The notes below the pieces were generated by a model. It searched no databases. It was not told the DNA's origin and saw nothing but the letters and a program-made list of their open reading frames with translations. A program made the translations under genes and the position numbers. This document shows positions 18,298-31,405 of a stretch of DNA of 64,000 nucleotides, piece after piece; the stretch's first letter is position 1, and each line of letters starts with the position of its first letter. Origin of the DNA: Pseudomonadota bacterium (GTDB lineage Bacteria; Myxococcota; JACRCW01; JAFGSX01); contig JBDRCO010000118.1 in NCBI GenBank assembly GCA_043821645.1, positions 128,001 through 192,000 of the forward strand, read 5' to 3'.

Positions 18298-19310
18298 TCA
18301 GATGGGTGTTCTCGAAGCCTGGACCGCGTTCGATTTTTGGACTCCAGCGGACGCCTGGGGCGTCGCCTCGTACCGGTCGCGGCGTCTCGGCGCTGGGGGG
18401 GATGGCGACCCTGCTGCTGCTCGCGGCCTGTCTGAAGAGCGCCCCGAAGGACACTGCCAGCGTCCTCGACGCCGGGGCCATGCGCGACGAGGTGCCAAAC
18501 GCCCGTGCGCCGCACTTCCTTGGCGGACGCGCCCCCACCCGCCACGCCCGGGTGGTCTCGCTGGCGCCCAGCGTGACCGAGATCGTGTTCGCCCTCGGCG
18601 CGGGGGATTCTCTGGTCGGGGTCACCCGCTTCTGCGACGAACCTGCCGCGGCGCGCGCCCTGCCCAAGATAGGCGGCTTCCTCGACCCCAGCCTCGAGGC
18701 CGTGGCCGCACTCAAGCCCGACCTGATCATCACCGTGCCCAACGGCCAGGCACGCAGCGTGACCGAGCGCCTGGCCGAGATCGGACATCCGGTGCTGCTG
18801 CTGTACGACTACACCCTGGCCGACGTGGAGCAGGGCATCCTCGCGGTGGCCCGCGCCCTCGACCTCGAGGCCGCCGGTGTCGCGCTGATCGACACCATGC
18901 GCAGGGATGTCGCCGCGGTGCGCGCCCGGGTGGCGGGCTCCGAGCGGCCCCGGGTGCTGTTCCTGTACGGCCACAAGCCGCTGGTGGCGGCAGGACCGGG
19001 CTCCTATGCCGACGCCCTGATCGAGATCGCCGGTGGCGTCAACGCCGCGGGTCGAGGCATGGCACGCTACCCCACGCTGTCGCTCGAAACCTTGATCGGA
19101 CTCAAGCCCGAGGTCATCATCGATGCCTTCCCGGCCGGCATGGGTGCCGCGCCCGAGTCCACGGAGATGGAAAACCTGTCCAGTGTCCCCGCCGTGGCCC
19201 ACGGCCGCGTCTACGCCCTGCGCGACAATGCGTCGCTGCGACCCGGTCCACGCGTCGGTGCTGACGCGCGACTGCTCGCCGCACTGCTGCATCCGGGCCC
19301 GCCGCCATGA
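18294..19310 (+). CDS. btuF: Helical-backbone periplasmic binding protein (BtuF-like)
   Basis: RVVSLAPSVTEIVFALG, VGVTRFCDEP, SLEAVAALKPDLII, RPGPR; lipobox LLAAC (alternative start 18402). Confidence 0.85.
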   Translation: MIRWVFSKPGPRSIFGLQRTPGASPRTGRGVSALGGMATLLLLAACLKSAPKDTASVLDAGAMRDEVPNARAPHFLGGRAPTRHARVVSLAPSVTEIVFALGAGDSLVGVTRFCDEPAAARALPKIGGFLDPSLEAVAALKPDLIITVPNGQARSVTERLAEIGHPVLLLYDYTLADVEQGILAVARALDLEAAGVALIDTMRRDVAAVRARVAGSERPRVLFLYGHKPLVAAGPGSYADALIEIAGGVNAAGRGMARYPTLSLETLIGLKPEVIIDAFPAGMGAAPESTEMENLSSVPAVAHGRVYALRDNASLRPGPRVGADARLLAALLHPGPPP

Positions 19311-20329
19311 TGTTCGCCCAGGGTCCGCTCACTCCCCGCCGCCTGGTGATTGCCGTCGCAGCGAGCGCGGCGCTGGCAGGACTGTGCGTCCTGCTCGCGC
19401 TGGGCCTGGGCAGCGGTGATCCGGGTTTGCTGGAGACCTTTCGCTACCTGGGTGGAGGCGAGGTCGAGGCCAGCTCCCAGGCCGTGCTGGGCATGCGCGC
19501 GTGGCGCGTGCTGCTGGGTCTGCTTGCCGGCGGCGCGCTGGCGGCGGTGGGGGTGGTGCTGCAGCTGGTGCTGCGCAACCCGCTGGCGGATCCCTACGTG
19601 GTGGGCGTGTCGGGTGGTGCTGCACTCACCGGCAGCCTGGCCATCATCCTGATCGGCCAGGGTCCCTGGGTCCCGCCCGCCGCCTTCGCCGGCGCGGCCC
19701 TGGCCACCTTCATCACCCTCGGCGCGGCGCGGGTCGGAGGGCGCCAGCCCGATGTCTCGGTGCTGCTGGTCGGCGTGGTGCTCAACTCCTTTGCCTCGGC
19801 GGTCATCACCTTCGTCAAGACCCTGGTGGCCGCATCCAAGGCACAGGAGGTGCTGTTCTGGCTGGTGGGCTTCGTCGGCTACGCGCGCCCGAGCACCGTG
19901 GGCACCATCGCGGTGGCGGTGGCGCTGTCCCTGGGCGTGCTGCTGTGGCTGAGCCCACAGCTCCACATCATGGGCCTCGGCGACGCCGCGGCAGCGCGGC
20001 TCGGTGTGCGCGTCGAGCGCACCCGGACCCTGGCCCTGCTCGCCTGCAGCCTGGCCACCGGAGCCGTGGTGTCCGAGGTCGGGCTCATCGGCTTCGTCGG
20101 CCTCATCGTGCCGCACGCGATGCGCATCCTGGTCGGTCCGGATCCGCGCATCCTGCTGCCCGTGGCGACCCTGCTCGGGGGAGCGTCCCTGGTCCTGGTG
20201 GACGCAGGGACCCGGTTGCTGTTCCGGGTCTTTTACAGCGAGCCACCGGTGGGCGCCCTGTGTGCGGCCATAGGCGCGCCGCTGTTCGTGATCCTGCTCA
20301 GGCGCCATCTGCGCGGGAGGCGCGGGTGA
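19307..20329 (+). CDS. btuC: FecCD/BtuC-family ABC permease
   Basis: LRNPLADPYVVGVSGGA, IGFVGLIVPH, GAPLF; multiple TM segments. Confidence 0.88.
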   Translation: MMFAQGPLTPRRLVIAVAASAALAGLCVLLALGLGSGDPGLLETFRYLGGGEVEASSQAVLGMRAWRVLLGLLAGGALAAVGVVLQLVLRNPLADPYVVGVSGGAALTGSLAIILIGQGPWVPPAAFAGAALATFITLGAARVGGRQPDVSVLLVGVVLNSFASAVITFVKTLVAASKAQEVLFWLVGFVGYARPSTVGTIAVAVALSLGVLLWLSPQLHIMGLGDAAAARLGVRVERTRTLALLACSLATGAVVSEVGLIGFVGLIVPHAMRILVGPDPRILLPVATLLGGASLVLVDAGTRLLFRVFYSEPPVGALCAAIGAPLFVILLRRHLRGRRG

Positions 20330-21093
20330 CGGCCCTGCTCGAGGCCAGGGGCTTGAGCGCGCGGGTCGGCCAGGCCGTGCTGGTCGACGCGGTGTCGCTG
20401 AGCATCGCCGCGGGTGAGCGGGTGGCCCTGATCGGGCCCAACGGCGCAGGCAAGTCCACCTTGCTCGACCTGCTGTCCGGAATCCGAACTCCGTCGTCGG
20501 GGCAGGTGCTGCTCGAGGGCCGCGATCTGGTCGAGCTGGGTCGTCGCCAGGTGGCACAGCAGGTGGCGGTGGTGCCCCAGCTCGAGGCCCTGCCCGATGA
20601 CCTGCGCGCCCTCGAGGCGGTGCTGATGGGGCGGGCGCCGCACCAGAGGGGCTTCAGCCTACCCAGCGACGACGACGTGAGCATGGCCCGCGACGCGCTG
20701 CGCGAGCTCGATCTCGAGGGCTTCGAGACTCGCGAGGTGGGCACCCTGTCCGGCGGCGAGCGCCAGCGCGTGCTCATCGCGCGTGCCCTGGTGCAGCGGC
20801 CTCGGTTGCTGTTGCTCGATGAGCCCACCTCGGCCCTCGATCTGGGGCATGCGCTGTACATCTTCCACCTGGTGCAGCGGCTCTCGGAGCAGGGCGTGGC
20901 CGTGCTGAGCACGGTACACGACCTCAACCAGGCGCCCCTGGCCGCCACCCGCGTGCTGATCCTGCATCGCGGCAAGCTGGTGGTGGACGACAGCGTGGAG
21001 GCGGCCATGCAGCCGGAGCGCCTGCGACCCTGGTTCGAGGTCGACCTGGTGAGAGGCGAGCTGGCGGGTCGCCCGGTGCTGGTGCCGGCCTGA
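20326..21093 (+). CDS. btuD: ABC transporter ATP-binding protein (BtuD-like)
   Basis: GPNGAGKST, LSGGERQR, LLLDEPT, HDLN; GTG 20326 overlaps the permease stop. Confidence 0.88.
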   Translation: MTALLEARGLSARVGQAVLVDAVSLSIAAGERVALIGPNGAGKSTLLDLLSGIRTPSSGQVLLEGRDLVELGRRQVAQQVAVVPQLEALPDDLRALEAVLMGRAPHQRGFSLPSDDDVSMARDALRELDLEGFETREVGTLSGGERQRVLIARALVQRPRLLLLDEPTSALDLGHALYIFHLVQRLSEQGVAVLSTVHDLNQAPLAATRVLILHRGKLVVDDSVEAAMQPERLRPWFEVDLVRGELAGRPVLVPA

Positions 21094-21150
21094 GTGCTCG
21101 ATGTCGTGGACGGTGTGCGCTGTGCTGGCCGCGGGGACCGGGGTCTCGCC

Positions 21151-23736
21151 TCAGGGCATCGCGGGCGCGGAAGGCTTCTCGGCCAGGCGCAGAGCCTCGG
21201 CGCAGCGCTGGGCCTTGCGCACGCCCCCGAACACCTCGCGCAGCAGCTCACCGTCGTGCAGCGTGGTTTGCAGGTTGAGGAAGCTCGCCATCTGCCCCAG
21301 GGCCAGCTGTTCGTTGTTCAACCCCACCGCGACCGCGATGATGCCGCGGTGCGCGCGCGGGCTCTGCGGGTTCAGCACCAGCGCCTGGGTGAAGTACGGC
21401 TCGGCCTCCCTGGCCTGGCCGCGGCTCAGCAGGTAGATGCCGTAGTCGACCAGCCGATCGCCGCTGGCCGCGACCTTGTTGCTGGAGACACCGGTCCCGC
21501 TGCCGTCCACGTCGTCGTCGCGAACCTCGCTGACGCCCTCGAGCTCACGGTCGCCCTCCTTCTTGAGCGCGGGCTGCACGGGCGGGCGCGCGCGTGGCCG
21601 CAGATCCAGACGCTGCGCGGCACCCGCGCCGAGGTACAGCAGGTGGGCTTGTCGCGCCTCGCCTTCGCCCATCTCCAGGACGTGGCTCCCGGCGGTGAGC
21701 AGCAGGGCTCCGTCGTCGAAGGCGCGCGTCCTGTCCTCGCCGTCCAGCACCAGGGGTTTCTTGAAGCCCAGGATCTGCAACAAGCTCAGCGAGCGAACCG
21801 TCAGCGGCTGCAGGGTGAAGCGCAGGCCGAGCTGTTCCGCGGGTTCGGGCTGCAGCATCTGGGTGACCGGCGCGCAACCCTCGAACTCGGCTCGCACCAG
21901 GTGGGGAACCCGTGGCGCGAGTTTTTCGACCACGCAGGGCGCGACGCAGCTCTCCTTGCCGTCGACCAGCACCCGTGCACTGCTGGGCACAGCTGTCACC
22001 TGAAGCTGGGCCCTTTGCAGGGGCATGGCCACGACCAGGTGGGGCAGATCGCCGGTCAAGGGGAGCTCGATGCTCTTGAGGTAGGGCTCGCGCTCGGCCG
22101 CCCGGATCTCGAGCTGCAGCGTGCCGCGGCGCTGCGGGTGCTGGTAGCGCAGCGGGGTGATGCCGACGCGGCGGCCGTCCACCAGCACCTCGGCACCCAC
22201 GGGCATGCTCTCGACGGAGAGCGCGACCTCTCGTCCCCTGAGCAACCAGGGCACACCGAGGGCGAGCAGGACCAGCAGCAGCACAGCGCCGGCGGCCCAG
22301 CGCAGCCAGGCTTGCTGGAGCAACCCGGGCTCACCGTCCTGGCTCCGGCTTGAACCCTGGGCACGGCCGATGCCCGGGATCTGCTGGCGTCCACTCAACT
22401 CGCTGCGCACCGGTGGGCGCGGCTTGCCGATCTCGAGCACGGGTGCGGCTGCGGACAAAAACAGATCCTCAGCGCGCAGAGGGCTGGCTCCGGTGGGTGG
22501 AGCCACCAGATCCCTCGCCCCGGGCGAGCCAGGTGAGGCGTGAGCGAGCACCGGGGAGGAGGCCGGGACTGCGGCGGGGGGCCACACTGCCGCCTGTGGC
22601 GTTGCAGGCCGAGCCAGCCGGTCCAGGTCGGCAAAGGCCTGGTCCAGGGCATCTGGCACGGGATCCAGTTCGACACCCGAGACGGGCCGCGGTACCGAGG
22701 CGGTTTGCGAATCCGCGGAGGTCGGTGGTGTGAGCAGCGGTGCGCTGCGATCGAACAGCGCGCTGGTGGCGAGCTGAGGCAAAGGTTGCCCGCTGTCCGG
22801 GCTCTGAATCTGGTCGCTGTGGCCCGGCAAGGTGGGGGCGTTGCCGTCGATCTCCTGTTCGGACCAGGCGGTGGGCAGCGGGCCTGCAAACGCACGCAGG
22901 GCATCGCCGAGGGCGGCGGCGGTCTGATAGCGCGCCGCGGGCTCCCAGGCCACGGCGCGCGCCACCACCTCGACCAGCGCCGGGTCGCAGTGCAGCGAAC
23001 TGCGAACGCGTTGCTCGTCCTCGCCCGGGGTCGAGGCTTGCCGCAGCGCCAGGTGTGCCTTGACCGATCGCAGGTAGCTGCGCGAAAGCAAGGTGTACAG
23101 GACCGCGCCCACGGCGAAGACGTCGCTGCGCGCGTCCACCGGTCGGTCTACGGCCTGCTCCGGTGCCAGGAAGGGCAGCGTGCCGACCACTGCGCCGGCG
23201 ACGGTCAGGGTGCCCACGTTGTCGAGCTTGCAGATCCCGAAGTCGGTCAGGATCACCCGGCCCTCGCGATCGACAAAGATGTTGGCGGGTTTGACATCCC
23301 GGTGCACCACCCCGCGGCGGTGCGCGAAATCCAGCGCCTCGCACATCTGCACGCCCACGGCGGCGGTGGCTTCGGGGGCCAGGGCTCCTCGCTGCAGCAT
23401 GTCGTGCAGGGTCTCGCCGTCGAGGAGTTCCATGGCGTAGTACAGCACGCGTCCCAGGCCAGGCACCAAGGCGCGATCGAACTCCTGCACGCGCACGATC
23501 CCCGGGTGGTGCAGCGAGATGGCCGCCTTGATCTCGCGCAAAAAGCGCTCCTCGGCGAGCTGCGCGTGCTGGCCTTCCTGTTCCAGATTCAGGGTCTTGA
23601 GGGCCACCACCTGCTGGGTGATCTCGTGCCGGGCCTCGTACACCACACCCATGGCGCCACGTCCCAGCGTGCGCAGGATGTGATAGCGGCCTATGCACAG
23701 ACCCGCCGAGGGGTCGCTGGCGGAGGTGTCACCCAC
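21151..23736 (-). CDS. Membrane Ser/Thr protein kinase with PEGA domains and C-terminal TPR-like segment
   Basis: LGRGAMGVVY, VALK, HRDVKPAN, DFG, APE; Pro-rich linker, one TM, VESMPVGAEVLVDG...GITP (PEGA). Confidence 0.88.
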   Translation of the reverse strand: MGDTSASDPSAGLCIGRYHILRTLGRGAMGVVYEARHEITQQVVALKTLNLEQEGQHAQLAEERFLREIKAAISLHHPGIVRVQEFDRALVPGLGRVLYYAMELLDGETLHDMLQRGALAPEATAAVGVQMCEALDFAHRRGVVHRDVKPANIFVDREGRVILTDFGICKLDNVGTLTVAGAVVGTLPFLAPEQAVDRPVDARSDVFAVGAVLYTLLSRSYLRSVKAHLALRQASTPGEDEQRVRSSLHCDPALVEVVARAVAWEPAARYQTAAALGDALRAFAGPLPTAWSEQEIDGNAPTLPGHSDQIQSPDSGQPLPQLATSALFDRSAPLLTPPTSADSQTASVPRPVSGVELDPVPDALDQAFADLDRLARPATPQAAVWPPAAVPASSPVLAHASPGSPGARDLVAPPTGASPLRAEDLFLSAAAPVLEIGKPRPPVRSELSGRQQIPGIGRAQGSSRSQDGEPGLLQQAWLRWAAGAVLLLVLLALGVPWLLRGREVALSVESMPVGAEVLVDGRRVGITPLRYQHPQRRGTLQLEIRAAEREPYLKSIELPLTGDLPHLVVAMPLQRAQLQVTAVPSSARVLVDGKESCVAPCVVEKLAPRVPHLVRAEFEGCAPVTQMLQPEPAEQLGLRFTLQPLTVRSLSLLQILGFKKPLVLDGEDRTRAFDDGALLLTAGSHVLEMGEGEARQAHLLYLGAGAAQRLDLRPRARPPVQPALKKEGDRELEGVSEVRDDDVDGSGTGVSSNKVAASGDRLVDYGIYLLSRGQAREAEPYFTQALVLNPQSPRAHRGIIAVAVGLNNEQLALGQMASFLNLQTTLHDGELLREVFGGVRKAQRCAEALRLAEKPSAPAMP

Positions 23737-23808
23737 CCGGGTACTCCAGGGCTGATGTCGACGTGGGGCATTGTGCCACAGGCGCGCAGGTGCGAGCCAG
23801 AGGCGTGC

Positions 23809-25170
23809 TCACTTGCCGATGCAGAAGCGCTCGAAGATGGCGCGCAGCGTGTCCTCGCCGAGGTCGCCGCCGACGATGTGCTCGAGCGCGCGCAGGCCGC
23901 GGCGCAGGCTCTCGGCAACCAGCTCCGGGGCCTGTGCCTGGGCCAGCTCCTGCCGAGACCTCTCCACCCACTGCGCGGCCTCGTCGAGGAGCAGGGCGTG
24001 GCGCTGCGTCGTCACCACCCAGTCGCGAGCGAGCAGCTCGGCCGGTGCCCGGGTGCGTTGGGCGATGCGCGCCCGCAGCAGCTCCAGCCCCTCCCCGGTG
24101 AGGGCAGACACGCGGCAGCCGTACTCGCCCAGCGCAGCCCACACGGTTTGGAAGCCGCGATCGCTCTTGTTGAGCACCACCAGGTCGCCGGGGCGCGCCG
24201 CGTCCATCGCGCGCAGGGTGTCGTCACTGGCTGACAGACTGGCATCGATGACGATCAGGCACAGGTCTGCACTCTCCACCGCCCGGCGCGCGCGCACGAG
24301 CGCCTCGGCCTCGATGTCGTCGACCGCCTCCCGCACGCCGGCGGTATCGACCAGGATCAGCGCCTGTCCGTCGACGGTGCAGCCGTGCTCGAGCACGTCG
24401 CGGGTGGTGCCTGGCGTCGCATGCACGATGGCGCGATCACTCCGCGCGAGGGCGTTGAGCAGGGTCGACTTGCCCGCGTTGGGAGGGCCGGTCAGCACCA
24501 CCCGTGGCCGTTCCAGCAGAGCCTGCGCCCCGTGGTGGGTGGCGCGAAGCTCGGCGAGGGCCTCGAGCAGAGCTGCGAGTTGCTGCTGCAGCCGCGCGCT
24601 GTCCAGTGTCACCTCGTCGTCGCCAAAGTCCAGGCTCGCCTCGATGGCGGCGAGGACCTCCACGCCGAGTTCGCGCAGGGGTGCGAGAGTCTGGGCGGCC
24701 GAGCCGCGCAGCGCGCGTAGGGCCAGGGTGCGCGCGGTTTCGCTGTCGGCGGCCACCAGTTGTTGCACCGCCTCGGCCTGGCTCAGGTCCAGCCGCCCCG
24801 AGCGCAGCGCACGAAAACTGAACTCCCCGGGCTCGGCCAGGCGCGCACCGGTGGACAGAACGGCCTCGAGCACGCGCCGGGCATTGAGCGTCCCGCCGTG
24901 CACCTGCAACTCGAGCAGCTCCTCACCCGTGTAGGAGCGTCCCGCCTCGAACCAGGCTGCCAGGCCCTCGTCGAGCAGCGTGCCGTCGACGGGATCTCGC
25001 ACCTCGCCGAGGCGCAGCCGGGCGTGGCTCCATGCGCCGGCCTGACGAGGCACGAACACCATATCGCGCAGGGTCCGCACCGCAGGCCCCGAGGCGCGCA
25101 CGATGGCCACCGCGCCCGGACCGGTGGCCGTGGCGACGGCGGCGATGGTGTCGCGCGCGCGCAGATCCAT
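23809..25170 (-). CDS. mnmE: tRNA modification GTPase MnmE
   Basis: DTIAAVAT, SYTGE, GPPNAGKSTL, PGTTRD, DTAG, NKSD, FCIGK. Confidence 0.96.
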   Translation of the reverse strand: MDLRARDTIAAVATATGPGAVAIVRASGPAVRTLRDMVFVPRQAGAWSHARLRLGEVRDPVDGTLLDEGLAAWFEAGRSYTGEELLELQVHGGTLNARRVLEAVLSTGARLAEPGEFSFRALRSGRLDLSQAEAVQQLVAADSETARTLALRALRGSAAQTLAPLRELGVEVLAAIEASLDFGDDEVTLDSARLQQQLAALLEALAELRATHHGAQALLERPRVVLTGPPNAGKSTLLNALARSDRAIVHATPGTTRDVLEHGCTVDGQALILVDTAGVREAVDDIEAEALVRARRAVESADLCLIVIDASLSASDDTLRAMDAARPGDLVVLNKSDRGFQTVWAALGEYGCRVSALTGEGLELLRARIAQRTRAPAELLARDWVVTTQRHALLLDEAAQWVERSRQELAQAQAPELVAESLRRGLRALEHIVGGDLGEDTLRAIFERFCIGK

Positions 25171-25172
25171 CT

Positions 25173-27056
25173 TCACGGCGAACGCTCGAGGCGCAGCAAG
25201 GCGATGGCCACCACGCTGAGCGCGGCGTGGGTGACGCCGGGGATGCGGGACGCCTGGGCCAGGGTGCGTGGCCGGATGCGGCTCAACTTCTCACGCATCT
25301 CCGCGGACAGCCCACCCAGCACCAGATAATCCAGCGCGTCCGGGATGGCCTGCTGCTCCAGATCCTGCTCGCGAGCCCTCGCCAGGCGCGCGTGATCCAG
25401 GTAGCCCTGGTAGCGCAGGTCTGTCACCGCGCCGAGCAGCACCACGTCGTCATCGTCGACGAACTCGGGGGCCAGACAGCGCAGGGCGGCGAGATCCAGC
25501 TCGGGACGACGACACAGCTGGGCCAGGTTGCCCGGTGCCGTCAGCGGCGCCGAATCACAGGCGCGCAGGATGGCATCCAGCTCCGGCGAGGGCGCCACGC
25601 TGCGCTGCAGCAGTGCCTCGCTCACAGCCGTGCGGCGCTGTACCCGCTCCCGTCGCCGGGCGCGCTGGGTCGCGTCGAGGAGACCGGTCTCTTCGGCCAG
25701 CTCGAGCAGCCGCGGCAACACGTTGTCTTCGCGCAGCAGCAGGCGGTGCTCGGCGCGCGAGGTCAGCATGCGATAGGGCTCGTCGGTGCCCCGGGTGACC
25801 AGGTCGTCGATCATGACCCCGATGTAGGCCTGGTCGCGGCCCAGGATCAGCGGCGTGTGCTGCCAAAGGTGCCGCGCGGCGTTGATCCCAGCCACCAAAC
25901 CCTGCGCCGCGGCCTCTTCGTAGCCGGAGGTACCGTTGATCTGCCCGGCCAAAAACAGCCCCGGCACGCGCTTGGTCTCCAGCCAGGGCCACAGCTCGGT
26001 GGGCGGCACGAAGTCGTACTCGACGGCATAGCCCCAGCGCCGGACCCGGGCCTGTGCGCAGCCCGGAAGCGAGCGCACCATGGCGAGCTGCAGGTCCGCC
26101 GGCAGCGAGGTGGACAGCCCGGACAGGTAAACCTCGCAGCTGTCCTGGCCCTCGGGCTCGATGAAGATCGAATGCCGCTGCTTGTCCGGAAAACGTACCA
26201 CCTTGTCCTCGATGGACGGGCAGTAGCGTGGTCCGCGGCCGGCGATCTGACCGTTGAACAGCGGCGAGCGCGCGAGGCCGTCCTGGATCAGAGCGTGGGT
26301 CTCGGCCGTGGTGTGGGTCAGGTAGCAGGGCAATTGCGGCAGTGGTCGCGTCGCGCTGTCGACGGAGAACAGCGGTGTCGAGGGTTCGGGATCCTGGCGC
26401 TCGAGCGCGCCGACATCGACGCTGCGGCCATCCAGGCGCGGGCAGGTGCCGGTCTTGAGCCGGCCCAGCGGAAAGCCCAGCTCGGCCAGGCTGCGCGACA
26501 GGCCGCTGGCCGCGGGCTCGCCCATGCGCCCGCCGGCGTGCGACACCTCACCGACGTGCAGCAGCGCCCGCAGGAAGGTGCCCGTGGTCACCACCACGGC
26601 GCGCGCCGTGAACTCCTCGCCAAAGGAGGTGCGCACGGCGGCGACGCGCCCGTCCTGGACCAGGATCTCCTCGACCAGGCCCTGGCGCAAGATCAGCCCC
26701 GGTGTGCGATCGAGGAGCGCGGCCATGTGCTGGGCATAGGCGAACATGTCCGCCTGTATCCGCGTCGAGCGCACGGCCGGGCCCTTGCTGTGGTTGAGGG
26801 TGCGTGCATGCAGGGTCACCTGATCGGCGATGCGGCCCATGGCGCCGCCGAGAGCGTCCAGCTCGCGCACCAGCTGGCCCTTGCCCACGCCGCCCACCGA
26901 GGGGTTGCAGCTCATCCAGGCGATGCGGTCCAGGTTCGGCGTCACCAGGGTGGTGCTCAGGCCCAGCCGCGCGCAGGCCAGGGCGGCCTCACAGCCGGCA
27001 TGGCCGCCACCCACCACCACCACGTCGCTCGCTTCGCGGATCACGGGCTGTGTCAT
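25173..27056 (-). CDS. mnmG: tRNA uridine 5-carboxymethylaminomethyl modification enzyme MnmG
   Basis: GGGHAGCEAA, MSCNPSVGG, GPRYCPSIEDK, AGQINGTSGYEEAAAQG. Confidence 0.97.
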   Translation of the reverse strand: MTQPVIREASDVVVVGGGHAGCEAALACARLGLSTTLVTPNLDRIAWMSCNPSVGGVGKGQLVRELDALGGAMGRIADQVTLHARTLNHSKGPAVRSTRIQADMFAYAQHMAALLDRTPGLILRQGLVEEILVQDGRVAAVRTSFGEEFTARAVVVTTGTFLRALLHVGEVSHAGGRMGEPAASGLSRSLAELGFPLGRLKTGTCPRLDGRSVDVGALERQDPEPSTPLFSVDSATRPLPQLPCYLTHTTAETHALIQDGLARSPLFNGQIAGRGPRYCPSIEDKVVRFPDKQRHSIFIEPEGQDSCEVYLSGLSTSLPADLQLAMVRSLPGCAQARVRRWGYAVEYDFVPPTELWPWLETKRVPGLFLAGQINGTSGYEEAAAQGLVAGINAARHLWQHTPLILGRDQAYIGVMIDDLVTRGTDEPYRMLTSRAEHRLLLREDNVLPRLLELAEETGLLDATQRARRRERVQRRTAVSEALLQRSVAPSPELDAILRACDSAPLTAPGNLAQLCRRPELDLAALRCLAPEFVDDDDVVLLGAVTDLRYQGYLDHARLARAREQDLEQQAIPDALDYLVLGGLSAEMREKLSRIRPRTLAQASRIPGVTHAALSVVAIALLRLERSP

Positions 27057-27099
27057 TGCCTCGCCCATCGCCCCCGTTCGCGAGAGCGAGCCGCCGTGC

Positions 27100-27759
27100 T
27101 CAACCCTGCTCGGGGCTCGCCGTCACCGGGGCGCTGCGAAGCTCCGCGGCCTGCTTGAAGGGGACAAAGGAGCGAAAGATCACCGCCAGGGCGCCACACA
27201 CGATGGCACTGTCGGCGACGTTGAAGGTGGGCCAGGGCGGCAGCGACGGGAAGAAGCGTTCCAGGCGCCAGCTCACGAAGTCGATCACGTAGCCGTGCCA
27301 CATGCGGTCGATGGCATTGCCGATGGCGCCGGCGAGAATGAAAGACAGCGCCAGGATGGTCACCGGATCCGGCTCCTTGAGTCGCCACAGCCAGCCCACG
27401 ATGAGCACCATGGCCAGGGCTCCGACGCCCAGCAGCAGCGGCTTGCGCCAGCTCTCGTCGAGGCTTCGGGTCAGCGAAAAGGCTGCGGCGCGGTTCTCGG
27501 CGTACTGGAAGTGAAACAGGCCCTGCAGCAGCACGATATCGCGCGCGGGCCAGTAGGCCCACTCGTTGAGCACACTGCCCGAGGCTGCGGCCGAAGGAGG
27601 GGCCGGCCTGGCCAGGGCGTCGCGGGCCCACAGCTTGCTCGACTGGTCCAGACCCAGCACCACCACCAGCACCGCGGCAAGGATGGCGAAGCGAAAGCGC
27701 CACCAGGGGCTGCTCGACAGGTCGTTGGCGACGGACACGGGCAGGCGATCGGTGCTCAT
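27100..27759 (-). CDS. lspA: Lipoprotein signal peptidase II (second copy)
   Basis: LDQSSK, ENRAAAFS, GAIGNAIDR, GYVIDF, TFNVADS. Confidence 0.9.
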   Translation of the reverse strand: MSTDRLPVSVANDLSSSPWWRFRFAILAAVLVVVLGLDQSSKLWARDALARPAPPSAAASGSVLNEWAYWPARDIVLLQGLFHFQYAENRAAAFSLTRSLDESWRKPLLLGVGALAMVLIVGWLWRLKEPDPVTILALSFILAGAIGNAIDRMWHGYVIDFVSWRLERFFPSLPPWPTFNVADSAIVCGALAVIFRSFVPFKQAAELRSAPVTASPEQG

Positions 27760-28465
27760 GAGGACACAACCTCGCTGTTGGCAGTCGGATCGACCTCACC
27801 ACTCTCCGCCGGGCCAGCGGCTGCCGGGGCCTGCAGCGCTCGCTCGAAGGGGAAGAAAGAACGGAAGATGATGCAGGCCGCGCCACCGACGATGGAGGTG
27901 TCGGCGACATTGAAGGTGGGCCATGGCGGCAGCGACGGAAGGTAGCGGGTCAGCCGCCAGTCGATGAAGTCGATGACATAGCCGTGCCATTGTCGGTCGA
28001 CCAGGTTTCCCGCGGCGCCGCCGAGGACCATGGCGAAGCCCAGGATGAGGATGGGGTCGGGCTCCTTGAGCCGCCAGGTCCAGCCCAGCAGCAGGGCGAT
28101 GGCGAGGTAGGTGACGCCGATGAGCATGGGCCGGCGCCACTCGAGGGGGATCGAGCGCGTCAAGCTGAAGGCCGCTGCAGAATTCTCGACGTAGCGCAGG
28201 TGAAAGATGCCCCGGATCAGCACCAGCTCCTTGACCGGCCGGTAGTGCACAAAGCCCTGCTCGTCGACGGGAAGAGGCCGCGCCAGGTTGTCCCGGATGC
28301 CCAGCTTGGTGACCTGGTCCAGGCCCAGGGCGAGCACCAGGTAGGCGGCCACGAAGGCCAGCCGGTAGCGGTGCAGCCACAGCGTCCACGCTGGACGCAT
28401 GGCGAAGGGGAGCTGGGTCGGCGCACTGTGGATGTCCGCCGTCACCGGAATGTTCTCGTCGGTGC

Positions 28466-28469
<4 letters not shown>
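27756..28469 (-). CDS. lspA: Lipoprotein signal peptidase II (first copy)
   Basis: [36 protein letters not shown]. Confidence 0.9.

Positions 28470-31405
<2,936 letters not shown>

Noticed and set aside
18294-21093. Iron-siderophore or heme ABC transporter
   Set aside because: Same protein families, but the upstream cobalamin riboswitch favours B12 and no Fur box was noticed.
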